DNA of 33,248 nucleotides from Acidimicrobiia bacterium (GTDB lineage Bacteria; Actinomycetota; Acidimicrobiia; Spongiisociales; ZC4RG35): NCBI GenBank assembly GCA_029865445.1, contig JAOUGY010000003.1, positions 1 to 33,248 of the forward strand, read 5' to 3'. Shown piece by piece: positions 25,684 to 33,069 of this stretch (position 1 is its first letter; each line of letters starts with the position of its first letter). The notes under the pieces were generated by a model. It saw only the letters and a program-made list of their open reading frames with translations, ran no database searches and was not told where the DNA came from. The position numbers and the translations under genes were made by a program.

Positions 25684-25870
25684 CGCCAACCTCGCAGAGC
25701 AGCCCGGGAACAGTGTGGCAGTTCGCGACCTCCGCGTCCATGGGTCCAGCGGCTGAAATATTCCGGTTCTTGCATGCTGGTCTTTTGTCGCGCAACGTGA
25801 CCTTGTGCCCGTGGTTTCCGGGTTCTGTGTCGAGCGACGATCAGGGGAGGCAACCATGAGGAGGTGAACC

Positions 25871-26758
25871 GTGGCCGCCGGGGGGTCGACGCGTCACTCA
25901 CTGGCCGTCGATGGACTCACCAAGGTCTATGGCGATCTCCGGGCTTTGGATGGGGCGTCGTTCGGCGTGGAGTCGGGTCGTATCGTCGGGTTCCTCGGCC
26001 CCAACGGTGCCGGCAAGACGACCGCCATGCGTTGTCTTCTCGGCCTCGTTGAGCCGAACGCCGGGAGCATGACATGGGATGGCACACCATTGACCGGGTC
26101 CATCCGTCTGTCGTTCGGCTACATGCCGGAGGAGCGTGGGCTGTACCCGAAGATGCGAATCGGCGAGCAACTCGCCTATTTCGGCCGCCTTTCGGGCATG
26201 GACGCCGCGGCGGCCCGCTCGGAGACGGGCTTGTGGTTGGAACGCCTGGGCCTGGCCGATCGGGTCGACAGCCGCTTGGAACAGCTGTCACATGGCAACC
26301 AGCAGCGGGTCCAGCTGGTGGCGGCGCTGATTCACCGGCCCGGGCTGGCCGTGCTGGACGAGCCGTTCTCCGGGTTGGACCCGCTCGGTGTCGAAGCGAT
26401 GTCGATGGTCTTGCGCGACCTCGCCGACACGGGGACCGCCGTGTTGTTCTCCAGCCATCAGCTCGATCTCGTCGAGGACTTGTGTGACGACGTGGTCGTC
26501 ATCGAGCGTGGACGCGTGGTGCTCGATGGCGAGTTGGAGCGGCTCAAGAGCAACGCCTCGTCCCGACTGCTCACCGTGACCGTGGATGACCTGCCCTGGG
26601 TCGATCCCGATTTCGGCTTGTTGACCGAGGCACTGGTCGATCGGGGAGTCGACCTCGATCGGGTGGTGCGGTCCGCCGGGGAGGCCGGTCGGATCACGCG
26701 GTTCGTCTTCGAGGCTCCGCGGCTCTCGGATCTGTTCAGAGAGGCGGTGTCGAGATGA
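25871..26758 (+). CDS. ABC transporter ATP-binding protein (ABC-2, NatA/YhaQ-like)
   Basis: SD AGGAGGTGA, Walker A GPNGAGKTT, GYMPEERGLYPKM, signature LSHGNQQ, Walker B LDEPFSGLDP and H-loop FSSH. Confidence 0.93.
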   Translation: MAAGGSTRHSLAVDGLTKVYGDLRALDGASFGVESGRIVGFLGPNGAGKTTAMRCLLGLVEPNAGSMTWDGTPLTGSIRLSFGYMPEERGLYPKMRIGEQLAYFGRLSGMDAAAARSETGLWLERLGLADRVDSRLEQLSHGNQQRVQLVAALIHRPGLAVLDEPFSGLDPLGVEAMSMVLRDLADTGTAVLFSSHQLDLVEDLCDDVVVIERGRVVLDGELERLKSNASSRLLTVTVDDLPWVDPDFGLLTEALVDRGVDLDRVVRSAGEAGRITRFVFEAPRLSDLFREAVSR

Positions 26759-27938
26759 GCGGTCTACGGCAGGTGTTCGAGATCGCCCGCCGGGACTTCC
26801 TGCAACGGGCGCGGAGCAAGGCGTTCTTGATCACGTCACTGGTGACGATCGGTGCCATCTTCGGGCTGATTCCACTCTTCGCCCAGGAAGTGTCCGATCC
26901 TCCTCCTGTGAAAGTCGGTGTCCTCGCGAGCGTCGACGAGTCGTTCGAGTCTCGCCTGAACCCGGTGGCGGAGGCTCTCGGTTTCGACGTCGAGGTCGAA
27001 ACATTCGAGGCCCTTCCCGCCGCGGAGCAAGCCCTCGTCGCCGACGGTGTCGAGGTGGTCGTTGCTCCCGGGGAGATCGTGTTCGCCCGAGAGTCGAACT
27101 CCAGACTGTCGGCCGCGGCGAGTGCCGCTCACCAGGCGATCGAACGAGACCGACTGGTCGCCGAACTGGGGTTGGATCCCGAGATCGTCGTGGAGCTGGT
27201 GTCGCCGGCGCCCCTCCCCGAGCGGCTGATCGATCCGCTCGATCCCGAGGACCTTCCCCGTCGGGTCGGGACGCAGGTCGGGTCGATCATCCTCTACATC
27301 GCCATTCTCATGTTCGGCCAGTTCATCATGATGGGGGTGATGGAGGAGAAGCAGTCACGAGTCGTCGAGGTCGTGCTGTCCCGGGCGAAGGCGGAACGCC
27401 TCCTCACCGGCAAGGTGCTGGGCATCGGGTTGCTCGGCCTGCTGCAATTGGCGGTGATCGGTGGCTCGCTGGTGGCTGCACTCAACCTGGTGGAGATTCC
27501 GGGGCTCGACATGGGTGGCCTGGGGTGGAAGATCCTCGTGCAAACCGTCCTGTGGTTCCTGTTGGGGTTCGGGTTGTATTCGGTGTTGTACGGAGGGCTC
27601 GGTGCCACCGTGACCCGACAGGAGGATGCCCAAGGCATGGCGTTCTTGCCGGTTCTGCTCCTCCTCCCGGGGTACTTCATCAGCTTCATCGCGATCGAGG
27701 AACCAACGCCCTGGCTCCGGTGATCGCTTCGTTCGTGCCGTTCTCGGCGCCGCTGGTGATGCCGGTCCGGATCGCCACCGGGACGGTTCCCGCATGGCAG
27801 GTTGCGGCAGCAGTCGCCATCGTGGTGGTGACGACCGTCATTGTCATCCGTCTCGGTGCCCGCATCTATCGCGGAGCCGTGTTGTCGATCGGCGCCAAGG
27901 TGAAGCTGCGGGATGCGCTGCGGGGGGAGACCGGGTGA
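26755..27938 (+). pseudogene. ABC-2 type permease (NatB/YhaP-like) interrupted by a frameshift near 27704 (real lesion or sequencing indel)
   Basis: ATGA overlap with the ATPase; motifs GVMEEKQSRVVEVVLS and LLTGKVLG. The first frame stops at 27723, while the family C-terminus (ASFVPFSAPLVMPVRIA...RIYRGAVL) is in another frame ending at 27938. Adding one base in GAACCAACG restores E-E-P-N-A-L-A-P-V-I-A-S-F. Confidence 0.8.
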
Positions 27939-27994
27939 CGGTGCGCGGAGTGTCGGCTGGTATTCGCGACTGTCGGGCCGGCAGCGCTCCTAGG

Positions 27995-28423
27995 GTGGCG
28001 ACGTTGAGAGGAGGACGTCTGGAAGTCTCCTTCGAATGGCGGGGCGGGTTCACCAACGGAGAGGTGAACACGCTGCACGCCGAGGCATTCGAAACACGGC
28101 TCTACTCGGACGACGAGTGGAATTGGGTCGACCTCACCGCGCGGCACAGCCTCGGATGGGTGACCGCCCGCGCCGAGCGTGAACTTGTCGGGTTCGTGAA
28201 CGTCATCTGGGATGGGCTGACCCACGTCTGGGTTCAGGACCTCATGGTTGCCGGCTCAGCCCGAGGGCAGGGCATCGGGGTCGAGTTGGTGCATCGCGTG
28301 CGAAGCGCCGCGGCAGCCGCAGGATGTGAGTGGCTGCATGTCGATTTCGAGGCCGACCTCGCGCCCTTCTATCTGGAGGCGTGCGGGTTCGAACCCGCCC
28401 AGGCCGGTCTCATGGCTCTGTGA
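27995..28423 (+). CDS. GNAT family N-acetyltransferase
   Basis: LVGFVNVIWDG, motif A DLMVAGSARGQGIGVELV, WLHVDF and LAPFYLEACGF. The start is uncertain: GTG 27995, TTG 28004, or CTG 28019 right after AGGAGG. Confidence 0.88.
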   Translation: MATLRGGRLEVSFEWRGGFTNGEVNTLHAEAFETRLYSDDEWNWVDLTARHSLGWVTARAERELVGFVNVIWDGLTHVWVQDLMVAGSARGQGIGVELVHRVRSAAAAAGCEWLHVDFEADLAPFYLEACGFEPAQAGLMAL

Positions 28424-28430
28424 GGTGCCG

Positions 28431-28564
28431 TCAGCCCAACCGTCGGAGCGAGTCGATCATCGTCAATAGGTCACGGTCGGGTTTCCGGACCAGGGCATGA
28501 ACGCCTGAGGGTCGCCGCTCCGGGCCCGTTCGGTGAGCGCCCCATCGGTGCGTCGGATTGCCAT
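28431..28564 (-). pseudogene. Remnant of an ECF sigma-70 factor N-terminus
   Basis: The sequence reads MAIRRTDGALTERARSGDPQAF and, after a one-base shift, xALVRKPDRDLL...*. This resembles the ECF start 'DxELVxRARxGDxxAFxxLVxxH'. No further region 2 or region 4 is present. Confidence 0.45.
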
Positions 28565-28717
28565 CACTGTCAAGTTTCGGGTTGAGAGTTCAACGCCGTG
28601 AATAGTTCCAGGCTTCTCGGCCGGACGCCGAGCGCAGGATCGCAGGCTCAGTCGGGATCCGGCTGGGCGGTTGGTGAGGCGAAACGGAGCCTTGACGGCC
28701 ACGGCTCGTTCGGCTCC

Positions 28718-28793
28718 TGGTGGTCAGGGGCGGGGTCGAACCGCCGACCTCCGGTTTTTCAGACCGGCGCTCTGCCAGCTGAGCTACCTGACC
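28718..28793 (-). tRNA. tRNA-Phe(GAA)
   Basis: GGTCAGGTAGCTCAGCTGGCAGAGCG-CCGGT CT GAA AA ACCGG-AGGTCGGCGGTTCGACCCCGCCCCTGACCACCA; 76 nt with encoded CCA. Confidence 0.97.
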
Positions 28794-28830
28794 ATCGGCG
28801 AACGAGAACCCGATGCGGGTTCTGATTCGC

Positions 28831-28908
28831 TGGCGGGGACGACGGGATTTGAACCCGCGACCTCCGGCTTGACAGGCCGGCGTGAACTCCAAGCTTCACC
28901 ACGCCCCC
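28831..28908 (-). tRNA. tRNA-Asp(GTC)
   Basis: GGGGGCGTGGTGAAGCTTGGAGTTCACG-CCGGC CT GTC AA GCCGG-AGGTCGCGGGTTCAAATCCCGTCGTCCCCGCCA; 78 nt with encoded CCA. Confidence 0.97.
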
Positions 28909-28955
28909 AGGAGGGTGTCGGATCCGGCACACATGCACCGAACGACAGCCCAGGA

Positions 28956-28961
28956 AGTATA
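28956..28961 (-). promoter_or_regulatory. Putative -10 box (TATACT) for the tRNA-Asp/tRNA-Phe transcript
   Basis: TATACT on the - strand, 48 bp upstream of tRNA-Asp, with a weak TTCAGG -35 candidate 16 bp further upstream. Confidence 0.55.
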
Positions 28962-29084
28962 GGACGCGCGATCGGCTCCTGAACCCGGATCCATTTGCTG
29001 GCGTCGAGGACCGAAGCACGGTCACACCCCGCTCCTCTCCCGTGCTTCCTCCGATCGCCGATCGCGGTGGCCCCGCGCACCGAT

Positions 29085-32000
29085 CTACGTGCCGGCCTCG
29101 ACGATGAGCTCTCCGGTTCCGATGCGGAAACCATCGGTGGCGGATGCCCTCACCACATAGGTACCGGCGGTGTCGAACGTTGCCGAGGTCTCCGGTCCCA
29201 CCCGGTCGAATTCGACCACCCCCGGACCGGAGACCATGGACCATGTCACGGGCGCCCCCCACATCACCCCATCCGTGCGAACCATCGCCTCGAGGTCGGC
29301 TGCGACACCCGCGACGACCGGGGGAGCGCTGACGAGCGACACCGTGACATCCGGGGCGGCGGACCCCACCGTCAACGCCACGAGGTCGGACGTCGAGTCC
29401 ATCCCGTCGTCGGCGTTCAGTTGTAACACGTAGACCCCCGGGACGTCGAAGCTGACCTCGGTCGTGAGCGCTTCGGGGTCCCCGATGATCGCCGTCGACC
29501 CTTGGGGCCCGGCGACCAGGGTCCACTCGGTCGAGAGAGCGAACCGGCGCGGCAGCCCGTCGTCATCGACACTGCCGGTGAGCGTCGCCACGGTCGGGTC
29601 TCCCACGAACGGGATGGGCCCGTACGTACCGGCGTCGACCTCCGGTGCTTCGTTGGCGACCACCGAAATCACGATGTCGTCGTGTCCTGTGAGCGGTTCG
29701 GCGTCGCTGACGCTGAGGCGGAACGTGTAGTCGCCGAGCTCGGTGAAGCCCGAGGCCGTCGTCGCCGGTTGGTCCGAAGACGTGAGCGTTGGGGCGGCCC
29801 CTTCGGGCTTCGAGACGATCGTCCACTCGTAGTCGAGTCCGCCGCCTTCGGGGAGGCCGTCATCGACGACGTTTCCGGTGAGCAGCACGGTGTCGTCGAT
29901 CGCCAGCGTGGCGACAGGAGCCGTGATCCCGACGATGGGGCGGATGTTCTCCGAGCCGTCGCCTGCAATGTCGCCGACTTTCGACACCCGGTACCGGAGC
30001 ACCCAGCGACACGTCTCCTCCACGAAGGAGAACGGACCGGTGTCGAGGACACGCATCTCCCCCTCACGGTATCCGGGGAGCGTACGATCCACGGGAACCC
30101 GGGAGTCGGTGAACTCGCCCGCCGCATACTTGGCGAGGACGATGACCTCCCGCAGCTCGGATGTCCCGATGTCCGCCGTGAACCGCGCCGTGTCGTACTT
30201 CCCGTCCTTGATGTGCGTGACGAACGCGACCAGCTGCGCCGTGTCGTTGGCGATGAGGTCGACGGTGCGAGAGATCGCCAGTTCGACGGTGTTGCCTGAG
30301 TTGAATCCGGTGTCGTCGATCTCGTAGGCCGTCTCGTCGTTGACGGTGATGTCGATGTCGTAGGTGCCTGAACCGTGGGCGTTGCAGTCCTGCTGGATGT
30401 CGAAGGAGTCCACGAGGATCTCGATCCGCTCTCCGATCTTCTGATCGGAGGGGGCGGGCACGGCCGTGCATTCGGTCACTTCGTATTCGGTGGTCTCGGA
30501 CATCCGGGCGATGCTGTTGTCGCCCAGGTTGCGCAGTGTGTAGCTGAGCGGGCGATAGTCGGACAGGTCTGCCGACTGATCGAAGTACGCACCGATGTCG
30601 CCCTGGCGGATAAGGTCTCTGGCGTTTTGCGAGCTTCCGCCGATCGTCACGACCTGCATGCGGGAGTCGGCCAGGATCTCCTGGTATCCGGCGGCCAGCG
30701 AGCCGCTCACCTTGAACACCCCGCCGTTGTAGGCCGCGGCGAGTGCACCCATGATGCGGTCGACGGACTGCGTCGACGTCATCGACACCATGAGGATCCG
30801 ACCGTAGGTCACATCGGCAACATATACAGGGAGGTTGTCGGGACCGAGCCGGCCCAGCGCCACCTGCTCGCGGAGCCGCTCCGGCGTGAAGTCGTCGCTG
30901 AACACCGCCGACGGAGTTTCGGGCAGGACAATCGAAACCGTGAAGGCTTTCTCGAGGAAGTAGGCGGTGACCGTGTTCTCGTTGGCTGCTCTCGACATCT
31001 CCAGGGCGGCCCTCACCCGGGCGGACATGTACTTGGCGGAAAGACCCATGCGCAGCGCCGCCTGAGTGGCCGAGTACGAACGCTCCTGCTCGAAGAAGAC
31101 GCTGCCACTGGGGTCGAGGCCCCGATTCTCGGCGGCGGCGACCAACTCGCCGATCGCCTGCTGCACCGTCGCCACCGTGGGGTTCTCTACGGTCCTCGTG
31201 GTGTCCTCGGTGAGCAGGTTGATGCTCAGCGCCACCGGATCACGTTGACGGATGGGCAACTCCATGAGCGACCCGCGGGCCGACTTGTGTGAAGACCCCT
31301 GGATCAGCGCTCCCGGCCACAGGATGTTGACGTCCGGCTCGAAGACGACCAGTTCCCTCGGCGTGTCGGTCATCGTGTAGGGCGTGGTCTCGCAGTCGTA
31401 TGTGACTCCTTCGAGGATCTCGTCGAACTCGGTAGTCGCCTTCCCGGGGATGGGCGCCGGTTCAGCGGGTTCCTTGGTTTGGGCGTACTCGTCCCACGAT
31501 CCCCAACCTGTGATCTCCTTGTCGACCTCGTAGGCAGTGACCGGATCGAGGTGGAGCGCCCGTGTGAGGAACGAGGCCATCTGGCCTCTCGTCACAGACG
31601 CCTCCGGGCAGAATTGGTCGTTCATCGGAGGGTTGCACCCCTTCGTCACGCCTTCTGCCCCGAGTCGGTCGATGTCGGCTTCGAACACAGAGCCGTCATC
31701 GTCGGTGAACAGATTCCCACCCCCGTCGGTGGTGTACCCGAATGCTCGAACGAGGAACGCTGCCATCTGACCCCGGGTCACCGGGTCGTCGGGGCAGAAC
31801 CGGTCGTTGACGGGCGGGTTGCACCCTCTCGCGACGCCGGCGAGTGCGACGGCATTGATGTCCGACTCGAACACCGAGCCGCCGTCATCGATGAAGTGGT
31901 CGGAGGCTCCGGTCTTCAGTTCCAACGCCCGTCGCAGGAATGCGGCCATCTGGCCGCGGGTCACCGACTGGTCGGGGCAGAACTCGTCGTTGAACGGCGG

Positions 32001-32201
32001 GTTGCACCCTTTGGTTATCCCGGCGGCGAACAGGCGCTCGATGTCGGATTCATGGACATTCCCTTCGTCGTCGGTGAACTGACCGAGCGGTGCAAGCGAC
32101 GTGGCCTCACCGGGATCGGGGGCCGATGAGGCAACGGGCGTCGGGCCGAAGAAGAGCGCCACAACGACGAGCGCGACCATTGATCGAGGATGGTGCGACA
32201 T
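29085..32201 (-). CDS. Secreted SLH-anchored cholesterol-dependent cytolysin-like (thiol-activated cytolysin family) protein with C-terminal PKD/Ig-like repeats
   Basis: SD GGGGAGGT and an N-terminal signal peptide. Three SLH-like repeats (aa ~41-218). A CDC core (aa ~268-578): ILWPGALIQG, RDPVALSINL, VENPTVATVQQAI, AFTVSIVLPETPSAVF, DNLPVYVADVTYGRIL, VTIGGS and PLSYTLRNL. Then a beta-rich domain, then three PKD-like repeats (DDGLP...EWT...GxYxxxLxxxD). Confidence 0.87.
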   Translation of the reverse strand: MSHHPRSMVALVVVALFFGPTPVASSAPDPGEATSLAPLGQFTDDEGNVHESDIERLFAAGITKGCNPPFNDEFCPDQSVTRGQMAAFLRRALELKTGASDHFIDDGGSVFESDINAVALAGVARGCNPPVNDRFCPDDPVTRGQMAAFLVRAFGYTTDGGGNLFTDDDGSVFEADIDRLGAEGVTKGCNPPMNDQFCPEASVTRGQMASFLTRALHLDPVTAYEVDKEITGWGSWDEYAQTKEPAEPAPIPGKATTEFDEILEGVTYDCETTPYTMTDTPRELVVFEPDVNILWPGALIQGSSHKSARGSLMELPIRQRDPVALSINLLTEDTTRTVENPTVATVQQAIGELVAAAENRGLDPSGSVFFEQERSYSATQAALRMGLSAKYMSARVRAALEMSRAANENTVTAYFLEKAFTVSIVLPETPSAVFSDDFTPERLREQVALGRLGPDNLPVYVADVTYGRILMVSMTSTQSVDRIMGALAAAYNGGVFKVSGSLAAGYQEILADSRMQVVTIGGSSQNARDLIRQGDIGAYFDQSADLSDYRPLSYTLRNLGDNSIARMSETTEYEVTECTAVPAPSDQKIGERIEILVDSFDIQQDCNAHGSGTYDIDITVNDETAYEIDDTGFNSGNTVELAISRTVDLIANDTAQLVAFVTHIKDGKYDTARFTADIGTSELREVIVLAKYAAGEFTDSRVPVDRTLPGYREGEMRVLDTGPFSFVEETCRWVLRYRVSKVGDIAGDGSENIRPIVGITAPVATLAIDDTVLLTGNVVDDGLPEGGGLDYEWTIVSKPEGAAPTLTSSDQPATTASGFTELGDYTFRLSVSDAEPLTGHDDIVISVVANEAPEVDAGTYGPIPFVGDPTVATLTGSVDDDGLPRRFALSTEWTLVAGPQGSTAIIGDPEALTTEVSFDVPGVYVLQLNADDGMDSTSDLVALTVGSAAPDVTVSLVSAPPVVAGVAADLEAMVRTDGVMWGAPVTWSMVSGPGVVEFDRVGPETSATFDTAGTYVVRASATDGFRIGTGELIVEAGT
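31548..32081 (-). repeat. Three ~61-aa SLH-like repeats within the CDCL gene
   Basis: FxDDxGxVxExDIxxxxxxGxxxGCNPPxNDxFCPxxxVTRGQMAxFLxRA occurs three times. Confidence 0.9.
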
Positions 32202-32366
32202 TCAGGTACCTCCCCTTCGCACCGCCAGGCAGTCCTCGGAATCCCGACCCCTCGTCCTGCGTCGCACAGACCTGAAGTGGTGCCCGGCAACAACCGGGTC
32301 TATGTGTCCACAGTGCCGGGCAGTCGATCGAGCGGGTAGGGCCGAGCGCCATCTGTTGCTCGCGCG

Positions 32367-32399
32367 AAAGGGGCCCCGACCGTGTCGGTCGGGGCCCCT
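32367..32399 (-). terminator. Rho-independent terminator downstream of hsp20
   Basis: Perfect 14-bp stem AGGGGCCCCGACCG-TGT-CGGTCGGGGCCCCT with a short T tract on the - strand. A second 10-bp IR (32401-32410 / 32432-32441) precedes it in the direction of transcription. Confidence 0.8.
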
Positions 32400-32439
32400 C
32401 GAGTCTTCGGAATCGGGAGAGAGGGAGAGAACCGAAGAC

Positions 32440-32853
32440 TCAGCCGGCCAGCGCCTTGTCGGCGGCGCCGACCGTGATCTTGCGAGGTTTCGCCTGTTCG
32501 GCGACCGGGATCGTCACGGTGAGCACGCCGTGGTCGTAGCCGGCTTCGATCCGCTCGGGATCGAGTCCCTCACCAAGGAAGAACTGACGGCTGAACGTGC
32601 CCTGATGCCGCTCGCTCATCACGACCTGGGCCTCCTCGGCGGGCTGCCACGCACGCTCGGCCTTGACGGTCAGTGTGTTCTTCTCGACGGTGATGTCGAT
32701 CGACTCGGGGTCGACTCCCGGGAGGTCGAAGTGCAGATAGAACCTGTCGCCCACCCGATACGCATCCACGGGCATGATGCTCCTGCGACCGGCAGGGAGC
32801 AGATCGCGAGTCATCCGATCGAGATCGGCGAAGGGATCGAACCTCAACAACAT
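32440..32853 (-). CDS. Hsp20/alpha-crystallin small heat shock protein (Hsp18-like)
   Basis: MLLRFDPFADLDR, MPVDAYR, FDLPGVDPESIDITVEKNTLTV, ERHQGTFSRQF, AGYDHGVLTVTIPV and AKPRKITV; SD AAGGAGG. Confidence 0.95.
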   Translation of the reverse strand: MLLRFDPFADLDRMTRDLLPAGRRSIMPVDAYRVGDRFYLHFDLPGVDPESIDITVEKNTLTVKAERAWQPAEEAQVVMSERHQGTFSRQFFLGEGLDPERIEAGYDHGVLTVTIPVAEQAKPRKITVGAADKALAG

Positions 32854-32886
32854 GGTGTGTCCTCCTTGAACGTTTCAGGTGCTACC

Positions 32887-32915
32887 AGTATCTCGCAGAA
32901 AACTTGATATGTCAA
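32887..32915 (-). promoter_or_regulatory. Housekeeping-sigma promoter of hsp20 (TTGACA-N17-GATACT) overlapped by inverted repeats
   Basis: On the - strand, -35 TTGACA is at 32915-32910, followed by a 17-nt spacer and -10 GATACT at 32892-32887. IRs are CTTGA-N4-TCAAG (32903-32916) and GACTTA-N3-TAAGTC (32916-32930). Confidence 0.75.
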
Positions 32916-33069
32916 GACTTAGATTAAGTCAATCGAATCTGTGGGATCCGGAGTCGAACGCACCACCGACACGGTGACGACTGTGAGAACCGTTTCGCCG
33001 GTCACGACGTATACCCGACGAAGCAAGGGGAGCCGCTGGAGCGCGGCCGAGGAGAGAGGGAGATCAGAG

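Noticed and set aside
28383-28398. Perfect palindrome GCGGGTTCGAACCCGC resembling a tRNA T-arm or att-site fragment
   Set aside because: It lies inside the GNAT coding sequence (C-G-F-E-P-A), does not match the 3' end of either neighbouring tRNA, and has no cloverleaf around it.
28805-28823. Hairpin AGAACCCG-ATG-CGGGTTCT between the tRNAs as a terminator
   Set aside because: It has no U-tract and sits within a probable dicistronic tRNA precursor, so it is more likely a processing spacer.
28718-32201. tRNA-anchored genomic island carrying the CDCL gene
   Set aside because: The CDCL gene is on the 5' side of the tRNAs, no integrase is present, and I saw no duplicated tRNA 3' end in the window.
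32101-32907. 268-aa + strand ORF spanning the CDCL start and hsp20
   Set aside because: It is antisense to hsp20, crosses the hsp20 terminator, and has no recognisable motifs.
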